From Candidatus Zixiibacteriota bacterium (GTDB lineage Bacteria; Zixibacteria; MSB-5A5; GN15; FEB-12), in the NCBI GenBank assembly GCA_034003725.1, contig JAVEYB010000010.1:44654-108653 (forward strand): a DNA stretch of 64,000 bases. Reading direction: 5' to 3'. The position numbers and the translations under genes are program-made. Below, piece after piece: positions 49,148 through 58,252 of this stretch (positions within the stretch are counted from its first letter, which is position 1; every line of letters starts with the position of its first letter). Below the pieces are notes generated by a model. That model was not told where the DNA came from. It saw only the letters and a program-made list of their open reading frames with translations, and searched no databases.

Positions 49148-51391
49148 CTAATAGTTCAGCAGATTGGCAAAAAGATGAATCGCTTCCAGGTTCAGTTGGG
49201 CGATACCCTCGAGTACCGGCAGACCGCAGTAGATGATCTGTCCGTCGCCCAGCCGCGACACCGACAGCAGGGTGGCCCCTGACGACGTCGTGAGGACGCG
49301 CTCGGCGGGGACCACGACAGCTGAGGAGACGGCGGTTGGACCGGACAGAAAACTCAGCAGTTCGCCCATGCTGATAGCGTACGGCCGGGAGAGCACATTG
49401 GCGGCCGGGATACGGTTGGTTATGTCGGCCGACCGGACAGACTCCGGCTCCGGCGTCAGCGAAACGGGCAAGGCGTTATCCGGCCAATCGTAGGGCTGTC
49501 CGAGAATGACGAGCGATCCCCCGTCGCGGACATACGTCTCCAACCGGCTTTTGGCGTCGCGCAGCGACGGGAAGAGCCGAGCCGCGCCGGAACCGACAAC
49601 GATGACGTCGTACGCATCAAGTTCCGCGGTCCATAGCGAGCGGTCGGTGAGGGCGTGAAAGCCGAGCGCGGCGATTCGAAGCGCATCTTCGAGCGCGCCG
49701 GAGGTATCCGCGAGAAAGGCGATTCGCCGGGTGTCATCGACCTCGCAGGCGGCGATGCGAATGTGTCCGGTGTCGGCGGCCACAACCCGGTCGTCGACCA
49801 CGAGCGCCAGCGTTTGTGCCTGAATTCCCATCTCAAAGAGGTTCGAGACGGAGAACGGGATCTCGATAATTTCGTTGTCGCGTCCCGGTTCCAGCTGAAT
49901 CTCCTGACGGTAGGCGCCGGCAAAAACGCCTCGGGGCGTCTCCAGCACGAGCCGGACCGGTCCGGCATAAGAGCGCGGTTTGTCGATACGGACTTTCCAG
50001 CGCATGGATGAGACAACCTTGTCTACCGTCAGGCGAGCGGACGGCGGAACGAAATGGTAGTCAGGCTGGAAGGAGACAGCCAGATTGGGTGTTTCGCGCA
50101 GGGGGACGCTCGACGTTACTGTCAGCGGAATACGGCTATAGACGATTTCCGCCGTGAACAGCAGCGACTCCGGACGGGTTGATTCGAGGTACTGCGGATC
50201 GACATCGACAAGGAATTCGCGCACATAGGTCTGGTGCGGCTGAATTTTGCGGGAGATCGAGTCGAGAACGACGGCGGCCGTGTCCCAGTACGGATTGAAC
50301 TTGAGATAGGACAACTCGATTTCTTTGGGACCATTGACGGAGACGTGCGCGGTGAACTTGACTTTGGGGCCCTGGGGTGACTGTCGAATCGCAATCCGAC
50401 CGTCCCACACCATTCCGATCTCGGCCAGAGTCGTGGTGCGAGCGCGGTCGACGAGCCTGTTCAGGTAGGCGATCAGGCCGGGGGTATCCGCCAGCGTGCG
50501 CTGGCTGCGACACTGATATTCGAGTTGTACGAGTTCCTTGTAGCCCTGCACCACGCTTTCGACGCGTTTTCCCCCGATGACGTTCTGCGCGAGCGTAAAC
50601 AGCGCGATAAAATTGCGGGCGCGATTGCCGAGGGCTTCGCGCAACTTGCCGTCGGTCAGAAGCGAGTCAAGGACACGATCCAGCCGGATCTGCGGCATGG
50701 CGCCGACTATATCGGGCTCGGTGCGGTCGATGTGCGGGGCCGCCGCTATCAGTGAATACCGCGTCATCTGAGGCGGTTCGTACGTATCCGACACGAACTC
50801 GTCGAACAGCACCGGGACCTCGAGAAACATGCGGTCACGGAACCGCTCGTACAGCCCGCGCGTGCCCAAAGTGACGGCCTCGGTACCGGCGGCCGAGTTG
50901 TCGGCAAGCTGGTAAATCTTCTGGATGTTGAACAGGCTTCGGGGATCGGGAGCGAGTTTGCTCAGATAGTCCCGTGCGCCCGCCAAGGCGCCGCGCGGAT
51001 TTACGCTGCCGATCAGCACGATATCCGGCGGTCGCTCACGAAATGCAAGGCGAAGCGTGGAGTCGACTGCGATATCGCGGTTGGCCGGCACGTGAATATC
51101 GGTCCGATAGATCTGCTTTGGGGCGAGCGAGCGTTCCGTCACATACAGGCCGCCGCCTGCGACAAAGCGGATCAAATCGATGCGGCAGCCATACGTGTCA
51201 TTGAGGTAGTACAGGGTCGGCCAGTCGATCTGGCCGGGGCTGTCGTACAGGTAAGCGACACGGAGATCCGTGACGGCGTACCGCGCCGGGTCTTCGGCGT
51301 TCGCCGGGGAAGCGGCGATCAGCGCCACCAGACACACGAGCCGGCGTGCGATCGCTCGATAACGAAGAGTAAGCGTTTCAGTCCAGTCCAT
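49148..51391 (-). CDS. Large secreted hypothetical protein; C-terminal segment resembles a class-I glutamine-amidotransferase-like (ThuA/DUF4159-type) fold
   Basis: N-terminal signal-like LVCLVALIAASPANA. C-terminal DAYDVIVVGSGAARLFPSL...YVRDGGSLVILGQPYDWP. The domain call is weak and based on pattern only. Confidence 0.45.
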   Translation of the reverse strand: MDWTETLTLRYRAIARRLVCLVALIAASPANAEDPARYAVTDLRVAYLYDSPGQIDWPTLYYLNDTYGCRIDLIRFVAGGGLYVTERSLAPKQIYRTDIHVPANRDIAVDSTLRLAFRERPPDIVLIGSVNPRGALAGARDYLSKLAPDPRSLFNIQKIYQLADNSAAGTEAVTLGTRGLYERFRDRMFLEVPVLFDEFVSDTYEPPQMTRYSLIAAAPHIDRTEPDIVGAMPQIRLDRVLDSLLTDGKLREALGNRARNFIALFTLAQNVIGGKRVESVVQGYKELVQLEYQCRSQRTLADTPGLIAYLNRLVDRARTTTLAEIGMVWDGRIAIRQSPQGPKVKFTAHVSVNGPKEIELSYLKFNPYWDTAAVVLDSISRKIQPHQTYVREFLVDVDPQYLESTRPESLLFTAEIVYSRIPLTVTSSVPLRETPNLAVSFQPDYHFVPPSARLTVDKVVSSMRWKVRIDKPRSYAGPVRLVLETPRGVFAGAYRQEIQLEPGRDNEIIEIPFSVSNLFEMGIQAQTLALVVDDRVVAADTGHIRIAACEVDDTRRIAFLADTSGALEDALRIAALGFHALTDRSLWTAELDAYDVIVVGSGAARLFPSLRDAKSRLETYVRDGGSLVILGQPYDWPDNALPVSLTPEPESVRSADITNRIPAANVLSRPYAISMGELLSFLSGPTAVSSAVVVPAERVLTTSSGATLLSVSRLGDGQIIYCGLPVLEGIAQLNLEAIHLFANLLNY

Positions 51392-51461
51392 TCGTTAATG
51401 ACCGCCATAGTGGTGTTGTTCGCTGAGAGTCAACATTGAGTGTGCGGTCGTCCAGCGCAAC

Positions 51462-51485
51462 AAAAAAGGCCGCCCGGGGGCGGCC
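51462..51485 (-). terminator. Rho-independent terminator after etfB
   Basis: ggccgcc-cggg-ggcggcc, with a minus-strand T6 run (plus-strand aaaaaa at 51462..51467). Confidence 0.85.
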
Positions 51486-51503
51486 TTTGTGAATTCGTGC
51501 GGA

Positions 51504-52289
51504 TCAGATGACCTGATTTTCGCGCAGCTTCCTGAACAGCTTATCGGCGACATCGTCGGGCGAGTCGCCGGTGATCATTTCGCCGCTCGGCCGTGGCGGA
51601 GGTGTAGCCACCTTGACCGTTTTCGTGCCGGACCCGGCGCCGACCGTGGCGCTGTCGATCCCGAGGTCGGCTGCGGTCCACTTCACGATTTCCTTCTTTT
51701 TGGCGGCCATTTTGCCCTTCAGCGACGGCAGGCGCGGTTCGTTGATCTCCTTGACGACTGAGACAACCGCGGGCAGCGGCAGTTCGATCAGGTCGACACC
51801 GTCTTCCGTGGAGCGCTGGACGACGGCTTTGCCGTTTTCGATGCTTTCGAATTTTTTGACGAACATCGCCTGCGGCAGGTCGAGGATCGCGGCGACCGCG
51901 CCGGGAACCTGGGCGGCATCGGAGTCGATGGCCTGTTTGCCGGCAAGAACAAGATCAAATTCGCCGAGTTTCTTGAGACCGGCGGCGATGATTCGTCCAA
52001 TCGCCTGTTGATCGGAACCTGCAAAGGCATCGTCGGTCAGAAGGTACGCTTCGTCCACGCCGAGGGCGAGGCAGTCGCGGAGGGCCGATTCGGCTCGCTG
52101 GGTCCCGACGCACATGACGGCACAGGTGCCGCCGCTTTTTTCTTTAATGCGCAGGCTTTCTTCAACTGCGTATTCGTCGAATGGATTGACCACTCCCGGT
52201 CCCTGCGGCAGAACCACCTGATTAGCGGCCTCGTCGACTTTGATAAGAGCGATCTCCGGCACCTGCTTTATCAGCACAACCGTCTTCAT
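51504..52289 (-). CDS. etfB: Electron transfer flavoprotein beta subunit
   Basis: MKTVVLIKQVPE...NPFDEYAVEESLRIKE...DLVLAGKQAIDSDAAQVPG...LPSLKGKMAAKKKEI. Confidence 0.93.
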   Translation of the reverse strand: MKTVVLIKQVPEIALIKVDEAANQVVLPQGPGVVNPFDEYAVEESLRIKEKSGGTCAVMCVGTQRAESALRDCLALGVDEAYLLTDDAFAGSDQQAIGRIIAAGLKKLGEFDLVLAGKQAIDSDAAQVPGAVAAILDLPQAMFVKKFESIENGKAVVQRSTEDGVDLIELPLPAVVSVVKEINEPRLPSLKGKMAAKKKEIVKWTAADLGIDSATVGAGSGTKTVKVATPPPRPSGEMITGDSPDDVADKLFRKLRENQVI

Positions 52290-52387
52290 GGCGAACCCTT
52301 CCGTTACGATAGACTATACAACTGAAGTCGAATATGGCGAACGAGCCGGGGCTTGTCAAGTCGAGGCGGTCGGGCGGGTTGACCGTG

Positions 52388-52414
52388 AAAAAAACCCGCC
52401 TGTGCGGGCGGGTT
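52388..52414 (-). terminator. Rho-independent terminator after the Lys/Ala-rich protein gene
   Basis: aacccgcc-tgtgcg-ggcgggtt, with a minus-strand T7 run (plus-strand aaaaaaa at 52388..52394). Confidence 0.8.
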
Positions 52415-52443
52415 TTCTTCTTGTCGAGTCGTACGTTCGGCGC

Positions 52444-52869
52444 TTAGCGCTTGCGCGTTGCTTTCTTGCGCGGGCGCCGGGCCTTCTTGGCTGCCTTTTT
52501 CGTCGCTTTCTTCTTCGCGACTTTTTTGGTAGCCTTCTTCGCCGTTTTTTTCTTCGCGGCTTTCTTAGTCGTTTTCTTCTTCGCGGCCTTTTTCGGGCGC
52601 GCCTTCCGGGCCATCTTCTTCGCGACCTTCTTCACTTTCTTCGCGGCTTTCCTGACGGCCTTCTTCAATCCCAGCGAGCGAGCCTTGGCCTGCACCGACG
52701 CCACCGTACGCTTGAGCTGCTTGGCCAGCTCTTTCGTCGGCGTCGTGCGATACATCTTGCGAAGCAGCGCAACGTCTTCCTTGCTCCAGTCGCTGACTTT
52801 GCGTCTGGACGCGCCTTTCCTCTTCGCGGTCGCCTTCTTGGTCGCTTTTTTCTTGGTTGCCTTGCGCAT
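52444..52869 (-). CDS. Histone-H1-like Lys/Ala-rich basic protein with a central helical (SANT/Myb-like?) core
   Basis: MRKATKKKATKKATAKRKG...DWSKEDVALLRKMYRTTPTKELAKQLKRTVASVQAKARSLGLKK...AKKKTTKKAAKKKTAKKATKKVAKKKATKKAAKK. The opposite-strand ORFs at 52240..52933 are low-complexity shadows. Confidence 0.7.
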   Translation of the reverse strand: MRKATKKKATKKATAKRKGASRRKVSDWSKEDVALLRKMYRTTPTKELAKQLKRTVASVQAKARSLGLKKAVRKAAKKVKKVAKKMARKARPKKAAKKKTTKKAAKKKTAKKATKKVAKKKATKKAAKKARRPRKKATRKR

Positions 52870-53232
52870 TGAATCACTCCTTGAATGGTGTTACAGGAAA
52901 CAAGTGATGTTGCTTATGGTCATTGCGTTTTGAGAACTCACGTCAGTCATCTCATGATTCCCTAACCACCGTATTGCCACCAATAACGACCATGAAAAAA
53001 TAAAGTCAATAAAAAAATGCGTCGGCATGATGTATGTTAGCGATCTGTCAATCGACTCACTCAACTCGCGCAGCAACATTCACGCTGACCGCGCGCGTGC
53101 GACGACCGCATCGCTGCCGTGCTATTCACGAGTGAGTGTGCTGCGCTGGCGAGTGGATGTGCGTGTGATAGTCACCGAGTGCGAATGAAACGGGAAGAGG
53201 GCACCGACGATCGTGCCGCGCACGATGCGGTG

Positions 53233-53991
53233 TCAGTCGTCGAGTTGGTGGGTCTGAAAGTATTCGAGCGCGACGGCAGCGGCCTTCTGCTCGGCCTCTT
53301 TCTTGGAGAATCCGACGCCTTCGCCGACAGTCTGCCCGCCGACCGTCACCCGCACCTGGAATTCCTTGGCGTGATCGGGGCCGCGCTCGGAAACGATGTC
53401 GTAGTGCGGCATGCCTTCGCCGCGGGCCTGAATCAACTCGAGGAGATCGCCTTTGAAATTGCGCTGCGAGGCATCGCGGGTGATGCGATCGCGACGAACG
53501 TAGATGAGCCGGAGCACGACATCGCGGGCAGCGTGGTAACCGCCGTCGAGATACACGGCGCCGATCACCGCTTCGAACGCATCGGCGATAATCGAATTGC
53601 GTTCGCGGCCGCCCGATCGGATTTCTTCGGGAGACATCAACACACACATGTTGAGCCCGACCTCGATCGCCACGGCGGCCAGGGTCGTTTCGTTGACCAG
53701 CATCGCCTTGGTCTTGGTCAGATCTCCCTCGCTCATGTCGGGATTGTCGTCGTAGAGGCGGTCGGCGATCACCAGGCCGAGGACGGAGTCGCCGAGGAAT
53801 TCGAGACGCTCGTTGGAGTGGGAACCGTTGGCGCCGTGATTGGCGGCGCTGCGATGCGTCAACGCCAGCGAGAGCAGATCGATGTTTCGGAAATAATAAC
53901 CGAGTATCTCCTGCACGTCGGCAAGATGCGCCTGAGAGATGCCCGGGGACGATGCGGAGAACAGCGAATACAGGCGACGCCAAAAACTCAT
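53233..53991 (-). CDS. rnc: Ribonuclease III
   Basis: Signature ERLEFLGDSVLGLVIADRLY, plus a C-terminal dsRBD (GPDHAKEFQVRVTVGGQTVGEGVGFSKKEAEQKAA). Confidence 0.95.
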   Translation of the reverse strand: MSFWRRLYSLFSASSPGISQAHLADVQEILGYYFRNIDLLSLALTHRSAANHGANGSHSNERLEFLGDSVLGLVIADRLYDDNPDMSEGDLTKTKAMLVNETTLAAVAIEVGLNMCVLMSPEEIRSGGRERNSIIADAFEAVIGAVYLDGGYHAARDVVLRLIYVRRDRITRDASQRNFKGDLLELIQARGEGMPHYDIVSERGPDHAKEFQVRVTVGGQTVGEGVGFSKKEAEQKAAAVALEYFQTHQLDD

Positions 53992-55239
53992 TTAGTCAGT
54001 GCCGTTGGCTTTCCCGACCACGAGTGTGACATTGTGACCGCCGAACCCGAAGGAGTTCGACATGGCGTACGTGATGTTCCAGTCCCGACCGACATGAGGA
54101 ACATAGTCGAGATCACATTCCGGGTCGGGTTCATCGAGATTGATCGTCGGATGGACCCGAGCGTGATTGATTGACAGAAGGGTGGTGATCAACTCAACCG
54201 CGCCGGCCGAACCGAGCAAGTGTCCGGTCATGGACTTGGTCGAGTTACACGGGATCTTGCGGGCGTGATCACCCAGGACGGCCTTGATGGCGCGGCTCTC
54301 GGCGATATCTCCCAGGTCGGTGGCGGTTCCGTGCGTGTTGATATAGTCGATCTGGTCGGGCCTCAGACCTGCGTCGCGAAGCGCGTTTTCCATGGCCTTG
54401 CGTGCGCCGAGCCCCTCGGGGTGAGGCGCTGTCATGTGGTAGGCGTCGGCGGTCATGCCGGCGCCGAGAATTTCGCCGTAGATAGCGGCCCCGCGCGCTT
54501 TGGCGTGCTCGAGCGATTCGAGTACGACGATGCCGGCGCCTTCGCCCATGACGAAGCCGTCACGCCCCTTGTCGAACGGTCGCGACGCGCGATGCGGCTC
54601 GTCATTGCGGGTCGACATCGCCTTGGCCTGGCAGAAGCCGGCCATCGATGTCGGCGTAATGGTCGCCTCGGCTCCGCCGCTGATCATCAGATCAGCTTCA
54701 CCACGCTGGATGATGCGAAAGGCGTCGATGATGGCGTGGGCGGATGAGGCGCAGGCCGACACCGTCCCGTAGTTGGGACCGCGAAAACCAAGCCGCATCG
54801 ACACCAGCCCGGCGCACATGTCGATAATCATCATCGGAATGAAAAACGGCGAGACGCGGCCGGGTCCGGCCGTCAGAAGATTCTCGTGCTGTTTTTCGAA
54901 CGTGGAGATGCCGCCGATACCTGACCCGATGACGACTCCGCACCGGTCCGGATCCACCGCCGTCGGGTCAAGACCGGCGTGCCGAATCGCCTTCTCCGTT
55001 GCACAGATAGCGTACTGCTCCGTGAGGTCGACTCGACGCAGTTCCTTTTTATCCATGAACTCGGTCGGATCGAAGTCTTTGACTTCGGCCGCGATCTTGG
55101 TCGGATAATCGGAAATGTCGAAGCGTGTCACGGTCGCCACGCCGGAATCCCCGCGATTCAACGCACTCCAGAATACATCCAGGTCGTGGCCGAGCGGGGT
55201 GATGATACCCATGCCGGTGATGACGGTTCGTATACTCAT
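53992..55239 (-). CDS. fabF: 3-oxoacyl-ACP synthase II
   Basis: VVITGMGIITPLG, active-site ACASSAHAI, and HGTATDLGD / SMTGHLLGSAGA (Cys-His-His triad context). Confidence 0.96.
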   Translation of the reverse strand: MSIRTVITGMGIITPLGHDLDVFWSALNRGDSGVATVTRFDISDYPTKIAAEVKDFDPTEFMDKKELRRVDLTEQYAICATEKAIRHAGLDPTAVDPDRCGVVIGSGIGGISTFEKQHENLLTAGPGRVSPFFIPMMIIDMCAGLVSMRLGFRGPNYGTVSACASSAHAIIDAFRIIQRGEADLMISGGAEATITPTSMAGFCQAKAMSTRNDEPHRASRPFDKGRDGFVMGEGAGIVVLESLEHAKARGAAIYGEILGAGMTADAYHMTAPHPEGLGARKAMENALRDAGLRPDQIDYINTHGTATDLGDIAESRAIKAVLGDHARKIPCNSTKSMTGHLLGSAGAVELITTLLSINHARVHPTINLDEPDPECDLDYVPHVGRDWNITYAMSNSFGFGGHNVTLVVGKANGTD

Positions 55240-55294
55240 AGGCTCACGCGACAGAAGGTCGGATACCTGCGACAGCCGAGCGGCCGGCGGTCGC

Positions 55295-55534
55295 TCAGTC
55301 GGCCTTTCCGTTCGCTTTAATATAGTCGATGGCTTCGCCGACGGAGGTTATCTTCTCGGCGTCTTCATCGGGGATCTCGAGCGAAAATTCCTCTTCGAGC
55401 GCCATGACCAGTTCCACGGTGTCAAGCGAGTCGGCGCCGAGATCGTCCACGAATTTTGCCCGTTCGGTAACCTGGGCTGCGTCGACGCCAAGCTGCTCGA
55501 CAATGATTTCCTTCACTCTCTCCTCAACAGACAT
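55295..55534 (-). CDS. acpP: Acyl carrier protein
   Basis: [20 protein letters not shown] (phosphopantetheine Ser motif). 79 aa. Confidence 0.97.
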   Translation of the reverse strand: MSVEERVKEIIVEQLGVDAAQVTERAKFVDDLGADSLDTVELVMALEEEFSLEIPDEDAEKITSVGEAIDYIKANGKAD

Positions 55535-55574
55535 GATCGTACTCCTTTTGTATGCGACAGGTGTTCAGTATTTG

Positions 55575-56306
55575 TTACATGGTAAGGCCGCCGTCGACGG
55601 CAAGGACCTGGCCGGTGATATAGGCGGCTTCGTCGGACGCAAAAAAGAGGACGGCCGATGCGACGTCATCGGGCGACCCCGGACGGTTGAGCGCGATATT
55701 GCGCATGAATTCCTCGCGCGCCGCTTCCGGCAAGTTTTTGGTCATGTCGGTTTCGATATACCCTGGCGCGACGGCGTTGACCGTGACGCCCCGGGACGCT
55801 AGTTCTTTTGCTGCCGACTTCGTCAGGCCGATCAGACCGGCTTTCGACGCCGAGTAGTTGGCCTGGCCGGCGTTTCCGATGATGCCGACAACCGAGCTTA
55901 TATTAATGATGCGTCCGCGGCGTTGTTTCATCATGATTCGCGACGCGGCTTTCGTGACAAGAAAGGCTCCCTTCAGATTGATGTCAAGCACCATATCCCA
56001 GTCCTTCTCGTCCATCCGGATCATGAGGGTATCGCGCGTTATTCCGGCGTTATTAACGACAACGTCGACCGATCCGCACCGGTCCCGGGTCGTATCCATC
56101 AGCCGCGTAACATCATCGGAATTGGTAACATTGGCGGCGATGCCGATCGCACCCCGGCCGATTTGCGACGCCACATCCTGAACCACGCCCTCGTCCAGAT
56201 CGCTGATAACGACGGTACCGCCAAGGGCGGCAAACCGCTCGGCGATCGTCCGGCCTATCCCCCGGCCGGAGCCGGTGACCACTACGGTTTTTCCGGTAAA
56301 GTCCAC
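55575..56306 (-). CDS. fabG: 3-oxoacyl-ACP reductase
   Basis: GKTVVVTGSGRGIGRTIA, NNAGITRD, and YSASKAGLIGLTKSAA (SDR catalytic YxxxK). I prefer the GTG at 56306 with GAGGA upstream. The ORF-track start at 56489 would overlap fabD by 175 nt. Confidence 0.93.
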   Translation of the reverse strand: MDFTGKTVVVTGSGRGIGRTIAERFAALGGTVVISDLDEGVVQDVASQIGRGAIGIAANVTNSDDVTRLMDTTRDRCGSVDVVVNNAGITRDTLMIRMDEKDWDMVLDINLKGAFLVTKAASRIMMKQRRGRIINISSVVGIIGNAGQANYSASKAGLIGLTKSAAKELASRGVTVNAVAPGYIETDMTKNLPEAAREEFMRNIALNRPGSPDDVASAVLFFASDEAAYITGQVLAVDGGLTM

Positions 56307-56314
56307 TGTAATCC

Positions 56315-57253
56315 TCAGTTTTCGACGTTCGCCGCGGCGAACACATGGATGTCTTCGAGCCGGTCGAGGTTGATCGACTGCTCGGGTTTCATCTCCCGAC
56401 GAGCGAGGCCGGTGAGCACCTTGCCGGGGCCGATCTCGATTATACGAGTCACGCCTCGGTCGCGCAAGAACGTCATGGTCTGTGCCCACCGGACCGGCGC
56501 GGTAATCTGCTGCACCAAAAGCCGGCGGATTTCGGCGCCGTCGCGAGCTTCGTCGGCCGTAACATTGGCGATAACGGGTCGCGCGGGGGCGTTGATGGCG
56601 ACATCGGCGAGGTACGACTCGAGGCCTTCCCTGGCCGGCTCCATAAGCGGAGAATGAAACGCGCCGCCCACCTCGAGCACAATCGCCCGTTTGGCGCCTG
56701 CCTGTCTGGCAAGTTCGGCGGCTTTTTCGACTCCTGCGACCGCTCCCGAAACAACAATCTGAGCGTCGGAGTTATAATTGGCCGGTACGACGATTCCGGC
56801 GCTCGACGCCTGCCTGCACACATCGGCGATCTGCTCCTCACTCAAACCCATGACGGCGGCCATAGTTCCCGGATTGGCGACGCAGGCGTCCTCCATTAAT
56901 GCGGCCCGTCGGACCACGGCGCGGACGGCATCTTCAAATGACAGGGCGCCGCAGACGGCCAGGGCGCCGTACTCGCCGAGGGAGTGTCCGGCCGCATAGT
57001 CGAACGCGACGCCGTCGGATTCCATGACCGACAGCACGGCAAGCGAGTGCAGCAGGATGGCCGGCTGCGTGAAACGTGTTCGTTTCAGTTCTTCGGCCGG
57101 GCCGTCGAACGAGAGCCGGGCGATATCCTCGCCTATCTCATCGGACGCCAGTTCGTACAGTCGGCGCACCTCGGCCGAGTGGTCGTACAGGTCCTTGCCC
57201 ATGCCGATATACTGCGATGCCTGCCCGGGGAAAAAGAGAGCAGTCTTGTTCAT
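56315..57253 (-). CDS. fabD: Malonyl-CoA:ACP transacylase
   Basis: FPGQASQYIGMG, and GHSLGEYGAL (active-site Ser). Confidence 0.95.
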   Translation of the reverse strand: MNKTALFFPGQASQYIGMGKDLYDHSAEVRRLYELASDEIGEDIARLSFDGPAEELKRTRFTQPAILLHSLAVLSVMESDGVAFDYAAGHSLGEYGALAVCGALSFEDAVRAVVRRAALMEDACVANPGTMAAVMGLSEEQIADVCRQASSAGIVVPANYNSDAQIVVSGAVAGVEKAAELARQAGAKRAIVLEVGGAFHSPLMEPAREGLESYLADVAINAPARPVIANVTADEARDGAEIRRLLVQQITAPVRWAQTMTFLRDRGVTRIIEIGPGKVLTGLARREMKPEQSINLDRLEDIHVFAAANVEN

Positions 57254-57262
57254 GCGTCATGT

Positions 57263-58252
57263 CTACCATTTTACCAGCGCCGAACCCCAGATGAGTCCGC
57301 CGCCGAATGCAACCATCAGGACATGGTCGCCCGCTTTGATGCGACCGGCCCGGTTGGCTTCGTCCAGCGCCAGCGGCACGGAGGCCGCTGACGTATTTCC
57401 ATAGCGATCTATATTCAGAAAGAATCGGTCGAGACCGATGTTGAGTCGTTTCGCGACGCCTTCGATGATACGGATATTCGCCTGATGCGGGACGACCAGC
57501 GCGACATCATCCGCGGTCAGCGAGCAGTCGTCGAGCACTTTCAGGCACGCCCTGGTCATCTCCCGAACGGCGACTTTGAAAATATCGGACCCGTTCATCA
57601 CGATCTTGTTCGAGTTGTCGAACGCGAAGTCGGGCGTAACCGGGCGGCAGGTGCCGCCGGATTCGATCCATAGCCACTTGCGCATGCTTCCGTCGGAGCG
57701 GAGGAAAGTGCCCAGGACGCCGGAGTCGCCGTGCGATTCTTCGAGGACGACCGCGCCGGCGCCGTCGCCGAAAAGCACACAGGTGCCGCGGTCTCCGTAA
57801 TTGGTGATCGAGGACAGCTTTTCGGACCCGGCGACGAGGATTTTTCGGGCGGCTCCGGTTTCGATCATGGCGCGGGCGATCGATACACCGTTGATGAAGC
57901 CCGCACAGGCGGCAACGACATCAAAAGCGACCGCATTCGGCATGGCCATTTTTTCCTGCACGACGCAGGCGGTCGACGGCAGGGGGTAATCGGGGGTGAC
58001 GGTTCCCACGATGAGCGCGTCCACTTCGTCCGCAGCGCAGCCGGCCATATCGAGCGCACGCCGACATGCCTCCAGCGCCATATCTGACGTCTGGATAGAG
58101 TCGCGAGCGATTCGTCGTTCTTTGATACCGGTGCGAGTGGTGATCCACTCGTCAGATGTGTCGACTATCTTCTCGAAATCAGCGTTGGTCATCCGGTGCG
58201 GAGGTATATATGACCCCGTTCCCGATATCCTCGCCTTTGCCTTTTGAGCCAT
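57263..58252 (-). CDS. fabH: 3-oxoacyl-ACP synthase III
   Basis: ARISGTGSYIPP..., AACAGF (active-site Cys), HQANIRI, GNTSAASVPLAL. I prefer the ATG at 58252; the TTG at 58264 in the ORF track is also possible. Confidence 0.94.
   Translation of the reverse strand: MAQKAKARISGTGSYIPPHRMTNADFEKIVDTSDEWITTRTGIKERRIARDSIQTSDMALEACRRALDMAGCAADEVDALIVGTVTPDYPLPSTACVVQEKMAMPNAVAFDVVAACAGFINGVSIARAMIETGAARKILVAGSEKLSSITNYGDRGTCVLFGDGAGAVVLEESHGDSGVLGTFLRSDGSMRKWLWIESGGTCRPVTPDFAFDNSNKIVMNGSDIFKVAVREMTRACLKVLDDCSLTADDVALVVPHQANIRIIEGVAKRLNIGLDRFFLNIDRYGNTSAASVPLALDEANRAGRIKAGDHVLMVAFGGGLIWGSALVKW

Noticed and set aside
52240-52933. Plus-strand ORFs of 160-210 aa rich in F/L/R opposite the Lys/Ala-rich gene.
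   Set aside because: They are the reverse-complement reading of AAG/GCC-rich repeats. The minus-strand product has a plausible non-repetitive core, an ATG start, and a downstream terminator in the right orientation.
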